Shown here piece by piece: positions 48,840-61,337 of a DNA stretch of 64,000 bases. Position 1 is the stretch's first letter, and every line of letters begins with the position of its first letter. Under the pieces are notes generated by a model, which made no database searches, had not been told where the DNA came from, and saw only the letters and a list, made by a program, of their open reading frames with translations. The position numbers and the translations under genes are program-made. Origin of the DNA: Rhizaria sp. SCN 62-66 (taxonomy: Eukaryota); contig MEDY01000015.1 of the NCBI GenBank assembly GCA_001724265.1, positions 62,001-126,000 of the forward strand, read 5' to 3'.

Positions 48840-51800
48840 ATGTACGTTGTTCCCAACCATTTCTCTTCTTATGTCGTCGATCACCAACTTATCCAACTTC
48901 AAGCAGCACAATACGATAACATTCTCACAATCCCACTCTCTCTGCTTTTGTGCGTGTTTTGTGTCTGTGCATGTACAGGGGCTTCCAGTGGCGCCGTCTG
49001 CAATTCTTCGAGCGCGAGCTCATGCAGGACCCGGAAATCACTCCGATCGCCGCCCAGCCCTCTTCCACCGCGCCCTCCGCGCGTGCGCCGGCCCCCGTGC
49101 GCCTGTTTCGCTCTTTCAAGCCCACCTGCAGCTCCTCCGGCCGCGGCTCGCTCGTCTTCGGCGACGACAAGGGCATGGTCCGCGTTCTCGACCGCGCTCT
49201 CGCGGTCACCGCATTCCAGGCCTACGACGGCCGCGTGCTCGACGTCAAGCAGCTCAAGCGCTCCAACGTCATCGCCACACTCGGTATCGACTCTGGCGTC
49301 GCCGACGCAAGCATCAAGCTCTGGCGCTTCGACCTGGCAGACACCCGCGACGGTGCCTCCGCCGGCGCCCCTGTTTGCGCCAAGACGATCCGCCTCTTCG
49401 CCTCAGCTGCCGGCGCCAGCGAGCCGTTGCGGTTTGCGCTGCTCGAGGACTTCACGCAGGCCGCGGTCGCGCTCGCAGACGGGTCTGTGCTGATCGCAAC
49501 GGCGCCGAACCTGCTCCGCGACCGCACGCAGACACTTGCCACAGTCATTAAGGTACGCAATGCGATCCACGACTAAAACAAAACTCGGTAGCAAGACGAC
49601 GAACTGGTTTCAATTTAAGATCATGGTAGATCAATATATATTCGTCATAACGATGTAGACCACGTGTTTTTGTTTTTGAATTGCTCTGTAATGCTTGAAA
49701 TATCGTCTCACATTCACAATCACTTGTTTCTTACCGAACGACTGACTCTTGCGTAGGCTGGCGGTCCCGTCGCGACGAACCTCGTCTTCAAAGAGGACCC
49801 GCGCCTCCCGTCCCTCTTCGTCGTCACCGCGAGCACGGTCTCCGTGCTGTTTGTGTCCCGCCGCGAAGCCCACGTCAAGCTCATCGACTCCGCGGTCGGC
49901 GCCGGTCCACACTGCGCGTGCTTGACCGAGTCGAAGCAGCTTGTCGTCGGCGGCGACGCCGTGTTCTTCTACGAGCAGGAGGAGCGGTCTACATGTTACG
50001 GGCTGTCCGAGGCCAAGCGCCAGATGCTGTGGCTGAACGGGTATCTCATCGTCATCGGCCCCGACGAGGTGCCGGTTGACGCCCCGCCGCGCGATGTCAT
50101 TACCATTTACGACCTCAAGAACAAGCTCGTGGCCTACGTCGCCAAGCTTGACCCCGTCGTGCACGCCGTCATTGAGTGGAACGCGCTGCACGTGCTCACG
50201 GCCAAGGGCCAGCTCCTGCGCTTCAGCGAGCTCGACATGAGCGGCAAGATGGATATGTTGTTCAAGAAGTCGCTTTTCCTTGTCGCCATTGCCCTCGCCA
50301 AGTCGCAGTCTTCGGACCCCGGCTACGTGCTGCGCATCTACCACCAGTACGGCGACCACCTCTACGCCAAGGGCGACTACGACGGCGCCGTCACGCAGTA
50401 CATCGAGACGATCCCGCGCATCGAGCCCTCGAACATCATCAAGAAGTTCCTCGAGCCCCAGCGCATCCGTGACCTGACCCGCTACCTCAGTGCACTCCAC
50501 GACGCCGGCCGCGCTTCCGCGGGTCACGTGCTGCTGCTGCTCAGCTGCTACGCACAGCTTAAGGCCACCCGCGAGCTCACCCGTTTCGCGGCTTCCCCGG
50601 CGCCCGCTGGCATCGACCGCGACTCCACCGCGCGCGTGCTGTTGTCCTCGGGCCACACGCTGCATGCGCTGCGGTTTGCGCAGGTGCACGGCATGGACAC
50701 GCTCTATCTCAGCATCCTCGCGGGCGCCATTGACGCGGCGGCCGCCACCGGCACGAGCAGCTGCGCCGTCACCGTCATCCCTCCTGTGGCCAGCGATGGG
50801 CACAGCGATGGGCACAGCGGCGCAGTCGTGCCCGCCGCCGCGACGACCGCTGCCGCCAGCGCCGGCGCCGGCGGGAACGCAGACGTTGTCGCGGCGCTGC
50901 AGCACCTCGGTGGCCCGCTCGCCGTCATGGTCCGCTTCATCTCGTCGCTCTCGGCCGCCGCCGCGGCTCAGGCGCTGCTGACTCACGGCGCCCTGCTTGC
51001 GCGGCCCCCTGCGGGCAGCGCTGCCACTGCCGCGTTTGACGGGCTGCTCGAGCTCTGCTTACGCCTGTGCACGCGCTGGGAGCCGCTGCCGCCGCCGCCG
51101 CTGCCGCGTCTCCCCGAGGAGGAAGACCGCGAGTATGCCGCCGCCACGGCGCGCTTCCACTCGCAGGCGCAGGACGCCGCGACCGCCGCTGCCGCTGCCG
51201 CCGCCGTGGCCGCGACGCCCGCGGCCGGGGAGGGCGGGGCGCGGGACCCGCTCCTGCTGGCGCCGTTGTTCGTAGCGCAGCCGCTCGTGCTTGAGCGGTT
51301 TTACGAGAGTCTGCTGGCATTTGACGTCGGCCAGTGCAACGGCACGCTGCTCGCGCCCGCGGTGCTGTCGGCGCTGCTCGAGGTGTATCTGTCGATCAAC
51401 AAGGACGCCGCGAGTGGGGCCAGCGCGGGGGCCGTCTCCAGCTCTTCCGTCGTCCCTGTCGGCGGTGCGGGCGCGGGCGCGGGTGACGACGACGGCGGCG
51501 TGGTAGGCGCCCGTGAGAGTCAGATCATGACACTGTTGCGCACACAGAGCCACCGGCTGGATCTGGCGCAGGCGCTGGTGCTGTGCGAGGCGATGGAGTT
51601 CGAGAAGGGCCTGCTGTATCTCTACACCAAGATGGAGCGGTACCAGGACGTCATCCACCACTACGTACGTCTACTTCACTCCATATCTAACAACTCATAT
51701 CTTATTTGCGTTTACAATATCTATTTTAACGGTAACTCTTTAATATCTAACTATTTATTTCGTCCTACCTCTGAACTCATCAATCTCATCTCTCTATCTC

Positions 51801-52493
51801 AATTCCAATGATTTTTGTCATCTACACCTTTAGATGGAGCGCGGCCAGCACGCGAAGCTGATCAAGACGTGCCGCCGCTACGGCGACGTCGACTCGTCCC
51901 TGTGGACCGCGGCCCTTGTGCACTTCGCCTCGCAAGAGGGCGCGTTCGAGGAAGAGCTCTCGATCGTGCTGGACAGCATCACCCAGCAGGGTCTCATGGC
52001 TCCACTCGTCATCTTGCAGCTCCTCGCGCGGTCGCCGACCAAGCCAATTGCGGTTGTGCGGCCCTTCCTGCTCCGCGCGCTGCAGGAGGAGGCCCGCGTG
52101 GCGGCCGAGGACCAGCGCGAGACGGAGCGCTACGACGCCGACACGCGCGACATGCGTCTGGAACTCGAGACCGTGCGTACCCGCGCGACCATCTTCAAGG
52201 AGGTCGACTGCAACCGGTGCTCGTCCACACTCACGCTGCCCGCGGTGCATTTCCTCTGCATGCACTCGTTCCACCTCCAGTGCGTGGCCGACACCACCGA
52301 GAAAGAGTGCCCCATCTGCGCGCCTGAGCACCGAAAGATCCGCAATCTTAAGGAGTCGTTGCGCCGGTCCGCCAAGCAGCATGACAAATTCTTCAAGCAG
52401 CTTGAAGACTCGCACGACGGTTTTGCCACGGTTGCGGACTACTTTGGCCGCGGTGCGTTCGACCACTTGAATGACCACAATGGCCACGAGTGA
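48840..52493 (+). CDS. VPS11: Vacuolar protein sorting 11 (HOPS/CORVET core); exons 48840-48841, 48979-49552, 49757-51664, 51834-52493; ~1047 aa
   Basis: FQWRRLQFFE N-terminus, IYDLKNKLVAY, YGDHLYAKGDYDGAVTQYIETI..IEPS.IIKKFL, RING CNRC...PAVHFLCMHSFHLQC...ECPIC, and C-terminal DGFATVADYFGRG. Stop TGA. Confidence 0.95.
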
Positions 52494-52888
52494 GCAACCA
52501 AACGCCGCGTGCAAAGAGATTGCTGTGATGTTTTCACATGAGTCATATTTTGTTAAGGCTAGGGCCGAATGAGGTCATTCTGTTTACATAATTGTTTATA
52601 TTGTTGTTGTAGTATTCCATACAGATTATAGTTATTGTTTTACAAGCATGTAGTTCAACAAGTAGCATTATCGAACTTGACATAATCGAACTTGATGTGG
52701 AGTGTTACGCATGAATTGAAAATCAACAATATGGTTTGTATGTAATCTTACGATCGCCAAAACCACAAATCATATCTCTTATTATGTCCGTAATCCGTGT
52801 TTTTTGATTCCAAACTCGTCAACAGGCCATGAATTGGCGATCCGAGTTCGGTTGGAAAAGTTCAACATGACGCAAGATAAGACATGCT

Positions 52889-55800
52889 TCAGAACTTGTG
52901 TTCGTCGATCTTTGTCCTGCACACAGGGCAGAACCCGTCTTCCATGCGCGCGCTCTCAAACTCGTCCAGCAAGAAGAACGCGTTGCAGCCGACCGAGGGC
53001 GCGTACTGTTTGCACTGCACCACTGCCACATCCGGCATCGTGTTCCTATAGTACGACACATCGCCGCCACCACGAGAAGCAGTATTTGCGTTGCTCGCGT
53101 CCGGCTCTGGCACATCTTCGCAGACTATAAACACCTCGCGTGGTGGCATCGCCGTCAGCGCCGTTGGTCCGATAAGCACGGGTTGCCAATTTCCGGGCTC
53201 AAGATTAGCGCCCGGGTGCAGCAAGTGTGTGTGGAAGGCGTCCAGCTCGTGCAGGTTCGCCAGCGTGACCGTGCGGCCCCCCGCCGCGGCCGCCGTGGCC
53301 GACGTCAGCAGCGTCGACGGGTCCTTGGCGACCAGCGCGGCGGCCACCGCGCGCGGCAGCGGCGCCGGCAGCGGTGCGCCGGGCGGCAGCGAGGCCGTGC
53401 CTGCGTTGACTGCGTCGTCCGCGACGGGGTGGAACTCGACCAGCGGTAGCGGCTCGAACGACAGCGCGGACCGCAGCATCTCGAACCCGCAGTGCACGCA
53501 CCGCGCGGCCGGGCTAACGTCCCCGCGCTGGCGCCCGCCCGCCGCCGCAGGGCCGGCGCCGGTGTAGAGCAGTGCGTTGGGTGACTGGCAGCGCGCGCAA
53601 ACGGGTGTCACGCTCTCTGCGTCGGTGAAGGGCTTGGTGCGCATGAGAAGCTGCGCGACCTCGACCTCCTCGCGCGCACGGTCGCTCAGGATGAACGACG
53701 AAAGTCGTGCGTATACCTGCCGCGCCGTCTTGTACGCGCCGAGCCTGGTCGCGGCGCGCGCGAACACGATGAGGCACTCGACGAACGACACGCCGGCCGG
53801 GAGAACGCCCGACGCGGGGTGAGCCAGCGGGTCCACGCGCGGCAGCGGCACGGCGCCCAGCGCGCCCGCGCCCTCCTCGGTGGCGGCCTGCTGCAGCAGC
53901 AGCGCGTGGGCTGCCTGCTGCGAGCGCACGGCGAGGATGTTGATCACCGTCTGCGCGCAGTGCAACAGCGTGAGCGAGTCGGCGCACACCACAGGCTCGG
54001 CGGCCGAGGCCTCGCGGATCACGCCAAACGCGCGGTACACCGCGGCCTGCTCCGCAAACCAGCGCGCGCGAGAGAGCAGCGCGGCATGCGCGGCGGGCGA
54101 CAGCGAGGCGCTGCCCTGCGCGGCCGCCTTGCTCTGCTGCGCGGCGAGCAGGGAGTAGAAATGACCCGCGTCGTTGAAGCGGCAGCGGCGGATGGCGTTG
54201 AGCGCGAGGTGCGCAAGCAGACGTCGAGCCTGCGCTCCGCGACCGGCCTTAAGGAACGCCTCGTGCGCCTCGGCGAAGCGGCCGCGGAGGGCGAGCCACT
54301 CGGCGTACGGCAGGTAAAAGAGCGAGGCCAGGTGCGGCGCGAGGGCGGGGTCCGCGGCCGGGTTGGCCTTGACTTGGTCGAGCAACTGCAGAGCCTCGTC
54401 CCAATGCTGCAGCTTCACCAGCAGCGTCATCATCTGGACCAGGTCATCGAGTCGCAGGTACAGCTCCAGCGCAGCGCGCGGCTCCTCGAGCCGGACCAGC
54501 AGCTGCGCGGCCGACACCAGCGTCGCGCGCGTGGCCTCCGTGACCGGGAGGTCGCGGACGCGCGCCACGAGGTCGTCGACCCACCCGTGCGTGGCCCAGA
54601 GGTCGATAGCGCGCGCGTGGTCCTCGGCCACCCAGAACATCTCGGCCGCGCCCCGCGTGTCGCCGCCGTCGAGCAGCCACTGCGCCTGGCGACGGATCAG
54701 CTCGTTCGAGTCCGCCCCGGTGCCGGCGCGCTCCATGACTTCCTTGGCGCGCACCCAGTCGCGCAGGTCGAGGTAGATCTCGATCGCCTTGTTCACGTCG
54801 CCGGCGTCGATGAAGCCCTGCGCAGCGCCGGCGTAGTCACCCTGCGTTGTGATGATGTGCGATCGGAAATACAATGTGATGATTCGGATATTCGTGAGAT
54901 TTCAAATAAAAATTGGATGCAAGACGTGATGACAATTTAAAAGGGATCATCTTAAACTATAAGCAAGTTAGAATATAACAGCGCGAACAGAGTCGTTTCT
55001 ATTTCGTGTCCGTACCTGATAGGCCTTGATCTCTGCGAGGAAGAGCTTGTCTGCACGGGGCCTCTCTGCGGCGGGCGTGGCGCCGCGCGCGAGCTCAATG
55101 CGCGCAACAAGCGTGAGGAACCGCGTGTCGCGGATGCGCACAAAGGCCTTGCGCGCGGTGTCCAGGTCCAGTCCCAGCAGCGCACGGTGCGCGAGCAGCC
55201 GCCAGTCAGACTCGGTGACGCCGAGGTTGGCGATGGCGCAGGCGCCGGCGTAGTCGCACACGGCCAGGTGCTGCGCCATGGTGGCCGAAAGCGGGACGTC
55301 GTGCGTGTGCATGGCGAGCTTGTGCAGACAGAAGATGCGGGAGCCGCGAAAGCCGACGACGAAGCCCGACAGCGGCTGCCGGTGTAGGGGGAAGTTTCCG
55401 GCCTTGATGGAGAGGAAGCCGTCGCCACTGTAGCAGAGCATGTCGGGGTAGTTAGAGTTCCACGCCAGACTAGACGCCGGCGCGTCCTCGTACGTCAGCG
55501 ACTGCGTGGCGAGCGAGAACACCGAGAGTTTGTAGTGCTCGTCGATGAGCGCGAGCTGCGACCGGTCCGCCGAGAGGTCGAGACAGCGGATCGACGCGTC
55601 GTGCTTGATCAGTGTGACGGGGAACGCGTGCCTGCTGTCAAGGAACACCTGCACCACGTGTCCGTTGCGCAGCCCGACGAGCAGCGACTCCTGCCCTGCG
55701 GCACCGGCGGCTACGCGGATGTAGCGGACTGGCGCGTCAAGCACCCACTCACGGGCCAGCGCGCCCGCCTCGTCCAGCAGCCGCAACCTCTTGTCCTGGC

Positions 55801-57403
55801 ACAGCACGAGATGCTGCGAGGTAAGCATCAGCAGCGCGCAGTCCATCGACCCCGCGTTCTCGCTCTCCGCGTCGAGCAGGTGCGTGGCGACGGGCCCGCA
55901 GTGGGCGCCCGTCATGCGGGTGCGCAGCGGCACGGCGGCGTCGGGGTCCGTGCCGGGGGCCGTGATCTTGCGCTTGAGGCGGTACTGCATCACGCGGCGC
56001 GCGCTCTCCGAGTGCGCGTGGGCGGCCGTCACCAGGGCCTGCGCCGCGGGGGAGCCGGCGAGAGGGCCGGCGACGGCGGCGTTGGACGAGGAGGGCGCGG
56101 ACAGCACGGTTTCGTAGAGCAAAACGCGGTCGGGAAGCTGAATGGCGAGACGGCCGCGGAAGAGGGAAATCTTCTTGACGTAGTCGCGGGTCTTGATGCG
56201 GACCTTTTCGTCAGTGATCAAGTGCTGGATGATAACCTCGGTCATCGCATCCCGGTAGGCCTATCAATAATGAGGTGAAAAACAAAAGTCGTGATATATC
56301 GCACAACATGTTAGGATGAAAAGGTAAGAACTTCGATTAAAATACAAAATATGTCGGGTTTTTTTTAACAACTGCAATTTGTGGAACTCGACTCATATCA
56401 TGACAACGAAAGCACGCTCTTTGTTTTGCTATGGTTGTGTGAAACGTACGTAGCGGTCCTGGTACATGCCGTGCACCGTGTTGGCCGCAGCCTCAAACAT
56501 GGCGACTTGTCCGCAGTTGGTTCCGAGGCAGAATTGCTGCGACGCCGCGCCGGGCCCGGCCAGCAGTCCCGCGGGGCGCGCGCGCACCGCCCACACCCAG
56601 TCCTCCGTCGACGTCAACAGCTTGAGGAAGATGCCGTCGGTGGTGTAGAGCGAGACGCCGCAGTCTGAGCCGCCGCAGAGAATGTACGCGTAGTCGTTGA
56701 TAAAGGCCAGCGAGCAGGGGTCGTAGCCCAGCGCGCGCTCCTTGCCGATGGGGCCCTCGAGGGTGTAGAACGACAGGGTCTGGTCCCAGCAGCCGACGGC
56801 GAGCACATCGGACTCTGACTCACCTCCGGGCAGAGGGGAGAACTGAAGACAGGAGATCGGGGCCGAGCGCTGGAAAGAGACCTTCTCCACGCCGCGGTTG
56901 TCGCGGATCGAGATGGTGCCGTTCTGGTGGCCCAGCGCGAGCAGGTGGCCGTCGGTGGACCAGGCCAGGCACGTGATCTTGGAAGTCACCTTAGTTTTAG
57001 CGACGGCCTTCTGCTCGGGGGACCAGAGCCCAAACTCAGTCTCGGTCGCCGAGACGAGCTGCTGGGAGACGGGGTTGAACGCCAGCGCCTGGATGCTGTC
57101 GGCGTGCGTGTATTTGAGAATGCCTTCACACTTAGGGTGGGCCCAGAGGATGACCGTCTTGTCAGCGCCACCTGAAGCGAAACGCTTGCCGTCGCGCGCG
57201 AAGGCAACGGCATATACGTAGTCCTTGTGGCCCTTAACGGTGGAGATAATAGAGCCCGTGGAGGCGTCGTACACGAGCACGCGGTTGCCCACGGCGGCGA
57301 CGACGACGCGGCCGTCGGGGGAGAAGGCCAGGTCGTACACCGTGGGGTCGATGGCCGGGTCCTTAGACGGCACCGTGTCCGCCCAAAGCGCCCCTACCTT
57401 CAT
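52889..57403 (-). CDS. IFT122: Intraflagellar transport protein 122 (IFT-A); exons 57403-56450, 56260-55016, 54841-52889; ~1383 aa
   Basis: WD40 N-terminus (YDLAFSPDG, KGHKDYVYAVAFARDGKRFASGGADK, EGILKYTH), HGMYQDRY|AYRDAMTEVIIQHL, LGVTESDWRLLA, ARKAFVRIRD, LPYAEWLA, SFEPLPLVEF and C-terminal CPVC. Stop TGA. Confidence 0.95.
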
Positions 57404-58621
57404 CTGTGCGTGCGCAAACAATCGTAATCAGTCGGTGAAATGAGCAAGTCGGGTGAGAGTGAGTGGGGCAAGGTCGTGGGAAGCAGGGCAGGTTGAGGCA
57501 GCAACGGCTCAAACAAGGGGTCGCAAATCCCAAGCGATATCTCAATGAACTCGAGGATTTAAGAGGTATATCAAAGAGAAATAGCTACTCCCGTGTGTAA
57601 ATATATCCATATGCGCCACGCTGCTCTAAACCAATGATTGAATCTGGAAAAATCCACCACTCAAAGAGAGCGAGTTTGAACTTTAGCCAAAGCGACCGCA
57701 GCCCAAGGCACCCGCCAGCACCACAATCGACCAGTTCGCATGGGCTTCCAAAAGTCATAAACGGCAGTCAACGCCAATCAATATAGTTTGAAAATCAAGA
57801 AATCTTTTGATATCATACTTATTTTACTAGTTGGTAGTGGTTTTTAAGTTTTAATCGTTATATTACTTGACTTTCTCGAGATATAACCCAATATCTGACG
57901 TTCTCCATGTTTTGTGACAGTGACATGTAACAACAGCGCGTGGCGTGAGATGATTGTAGAATAGCCTCAAATGTCGGGGCGTAACAGGATGCGTATCCAA
58001 CCATTCATGTTTGCCGTGACTTCAGGATATGAGTCGGTCAACGGGTCGCATTGTTGGCATCATCTGGCTTGATCCATGGCAAGTCAAATGCATGTTTTTG
58101 CTACTTGAAAACGCGCACATGCTTTGTTTAACAGTGTTAATTCAAGCTTCATGGGGCGTTTTTATGTACTCTTTATTTTCGTGTCAAATGTGAGATTTGA
58201 TTGTTTGAATGCAATCTTGCTTGAGTTTTTTGTCCGTTTGTATCCGTCATACTAAAACATAAAATCTCGACTTGAAAGAATGAAAAATATAAAATTGGCT
58301 AGTTAGACATGGAGATACAAAAGGATTCAAAGAAAGTGATAAATAAAAGATTAAAAAATAACGCGAAAAAATATATTGCAATTTTATTTCTAGAGACCTT
58401 GATATGTCCTCGACATGATCTCATTTCACTAGTTAGGGCTAGACAAGAAGTACTGCGTACAAATTAAGCTCACAAAGCTGACTCAGGCAACATATAGAAC
58501 AAACAAGACAGACATTCAGATGCGATTCAGACTTAGTTAGGGCAATGCCATCGATGTGCTTCGATACACGCGCACTTACATGGACTTCTGATCAAAATAA
58601 ATACAAATCACAGCCAGTCGA

Positions 58622-59671
58622 TCACCATGTGATCACAATGAGTAGGAACAGCATCACTGCAATAAACCCGAGGCAAAACGCAATCCTGAGCTTCGGGCAA
58701 CCTGTTTTGCTCAACAACGCGTCCATTTTGATCGCAGCTCGGTCAAACCCGTCCTGAATCGTCTCCATATTCTCACGATTCTCTGTCAACAACTCCTTTT
58801 GCACCTCCATCTTGCCGCTAATCACGGACGATGTGGCCTTAAGCCGCGCCAACACTTCACCCATGTCTTGCAAAACGCCATCCTCGACTAGCCGCGCCGC
58901 AGTTAACTTAAGTCGCCTCGCACCAACGGGGTTGTGTGGCGAGAATTCACTGCCAGCGCCAGGGCCACTGCCTCCGCGAGTGCTGCCAACGGCGCCGGGG
59001 CCAGAGCCAGCGCCAGCGCGGGGCTTGGGCTTCGGCGGCAGCCCTGTGCCTGCTGTCGTCTGGCCACTGGTAGCACTCGCCGTTGAAGAGAGGTGCGACG
59101 CGGCATTGCGCATGGCAGCGCCGCCGTTATTACTGCTGCTGCTGCTGCTGTTGTTTGTTGAGAGCAGGGCAGCGCGAGTGGCGCGCGCCTCAGCCTGAGC
59201 AGCGGCGCGCGCGCTGGAGCTGGTCATGACGCCTCCATAGGCAGCAACAGAGGCAGAGGACGGCGGCAGCGCCAGCGGCATCGGCCCCTGCTGCCCCTGT
59301 CCCTGCTGCTGTTGCGACTGGCCCTGCGGAGCCGGACCCCCTTGCTCGAGGTCGCCAGCAGCGTCGTCCGTGTATCCGACAGCGGCGGCAGCGGCAGCGG
59401 CGGCCGCGGGTGTGAAAGAGGGGGACGCGGCCGGCGACGGCCCATGTTGCACCTGCGACCTTGCCGCCGCCGCCGCAGCTGCCGACTGACGCTGCTCCTT
59501 AGCGGCGAGGCGGCGGGCGAATGACGTCGCGGTGTCGACGTTAGTGCGCGCGGTGTCCGTGGCCGCGGTGGCGGCGGCGGCGTCGGCGGCGGCGGCGACG
59601 AGGAGCTCGCGAATCTCGACTTCATCGGGGTCGGCGGCGCTGCCGAAGTAGGGAACCCATGAGGGCAGCAT
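58622..59671 (-). CDS. Tail-anchored Qc-type SNARE (syntaxin-6/8/Bet1-like); 349 aa
   Basis: C-terminal SNARE heptads EDGVLQDMGEVLARLKATSSVISGKMEVQKELL...MDALL with a central Q, then a terminal TM IAFCLGFIAVMLFLLIVITW. Stop TGA. Confidence 0.7.
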   Translation of the reverse strand: MLPSWVPYFGSAADPDEVEIRELLVAAAADAAAATAATDTARTNVDTATSFARRLAAKEQRQSAAAAAAARSQVQHGPSPAASPSFTPAAAAAAAAAVGYTDDAAGDLEQGGPAPQGQSQQQQGQGQQGPMPLALPPSSASVAAYGGVMTSSSARAAAQAEARATRAALLSTNNSSSSSSNNGGAAMRNAASHLSSTASATSGQTTAGTGLPPKPKPRAGAGSGPGAVGSTRGGSGPGAGSEFSPHNPVGARRLKLTAARLVEDGVLQDMGEVLARLKATSSVISGKMEVQKELLTENRENMETIQDGFDRAAIKMDALLSKTGCPKLRIAFCLGFIAVMLFLLIVITW

Positions 59672-60452
59672 TCGGCTTATCGCTCAGCGCTCAAGAGGCG
59701 TGGCGCGGGTGGCCGGTCGCGAGACAGACGCAAGAGCGTGAGGCAGAGTGTGGACAAGGCGGTTGGCGAGAGACAGAGATGCGCTGGAGGCACAGTTCGA
59801 GGCTGGAGGGGTGCTGGGAGAGAGTCGTAGATCGCACGCAAAGATAACATAGAGACAGAGTGTGAGAAAGAAAACACGAATACATACATGTGACACTGTT
59901 GCGTGATGCTATGTTGAGATTGCGTGACATTGCACTGCACTGGAGCTGGGGGCTGTGCGAACACGAGTGAGACCAGTTTGAAAGTTGGTGCAGACACCAA
60001 TCAAATGTTCACTGAGAAGCATAGCATCTATAAGAGATAATGCCGATGAGATATAGTACAGAGGACACGCAAGCAAATCGAGATTGTAGTATACAACCAC
60101 ACAATAACGAGCCAGTCTCGAGATATTCACAGCAGATGTTGGGCCCATCTTTCGCTGACAGGTTTGTTGCTACAGCCACAAACGACGCTGCAACGCAGTG
60201 CGTTTTCGCCACATCAACACACTCTTTCGCTTCCTAACGAATTCAGATGACGACAAAAGCAGCATATCACGTATGGTTCGTTGGCATAAATATAGTCAAG
60301 ATGTATTATTACCGCGTGCGTGTCACACCCGCGGTCACGTCTCACACATAGAACAGAAAAGAGAGAAAAAGGGAACGAGGGCGCTTACGTTACATTAAAG
60401 AAAAGAAAGCACCCTCAACAAGCACTCAACAGCACACAAAAAGCTGAGTTAT

Positions 60453-61337
60453 TTACTGGGCAGTCCATCCACCGTCCATGATGTAGGCGGCGCCGGTCAT
60501 CTGCTTGGCGAAGGGCGAAGCGAGGAAGGTGACGAGGTTGCCGAGGTCCTCGGGGGTGGCGAACTCCTTCGAGGGCTGCTTCTCGGACAGGAGGTCGGTG
60601 GAGGCCTGGGCAACGGAGATACCGAGGTTCTTGGCCTTGAGATCGATCTGGGCCTGGACCAGGGGGGTGAGCACCCAGCCGGGGTTGACGGCGTTGACGG
60701 TGACACCCGTGCCCGCGGTCTCGAGCGCGACGGCCTTGGTGAAGCCCATGACGGCGTGCTTGGAGGCGACGTACGCGGACTTGTTGACGGAAGCAACGAG
60801 GCCGTGGACGGAGGAGATGTTGATGATGCGGCCGTAGCCCTTGGCGAGCATGGAAGGAAGCGCGGCCTTAGTGGTGTGGAAGACGGCGTTGAGGTTGATG
60901 TCGATGACCTTGTTCCACATGTTCTCGGGGAAGTCCTTAGCAGCGGAGATGTGCTGGATGCCGGCGTTGTTGACGAGGATGTCGACGCCGAGGCCGGCGT
61001 TGACCTTGGTCATCATGGCAGCGATCTCCTGGGGCTTGGAGAGGTCAGCACCGTCGAAGTCGACCTTGACGCCGTACTCGGAGGCGATGGACTTCTTGAT
61101 GGCCTCAATCTCCTCGGGCTTGCCGAAGCCGTTGAGGGTGATGTTGCAGCCGTGGGAAGCGAGGGTCTTGGCAATGCCGAGACCGATGCCAGAGGTGGAG
61201 CCGGTGACGAGGGCGCCCTTGCCGGCGAGGAACTTGCCCATGTGGCCGATGCCGGGGGCAGCCGCAGCCGCAGCGGTGAAGCGGCGGATGGACGAGGTGG
61301 AGATCTTCTGCTGAGCCTTGATGGTGCGAGAAAGCAT
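60453..61337 (-). CDS. bdhA: D-3-hydroxybutyrate dehydrogenase (bacterial-type SDR) with predicted mitochondrial presequence; 294 aa
   Basis: TGSTSGIGLG, NNAGIQH, ISSVHGLVASVNKSAYVASKH, NPGWVLTPLVQAQI and LLSEKQPS are HBDH-specific motifs. N-terminus MLSRTIKAQQKISTSSIRRF. Stop TAA. Confidence 0.9.
   Translation of the reverse strand: MLSRTIKAQQKISTSSIRRFTAAAAAAPGIGHMGKFLAGKGALVTGSTSGIGLGIAKTLASHGCNITLNGFGKPEEIEAIKKSIASEYGVKVDFDGADLSKPQEIAAMMTKVNAGLGVDILVNNAGIQHISAAKDFPENMWNKVIDINLNAVFHTTKAALPSMLAKGYGRIINISSVHGLVASVNKSAYVASKHAVMGFTKAVALETAGTGVTVNAVNPGWVLTPLVQAQIDLKAKNLGISVAQASTDLLSEKQPSKEFATPEDLGNLVTFLASPFAKQMTGAAYIMDGGWTAQ

Noticed and set aside
52666-52696. 15-nt direct repeat (CATWATCGAACTTGA x2)
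   Set aside because: Two adjacent copies only: a simple local duplication, not CRISPR or an element end.
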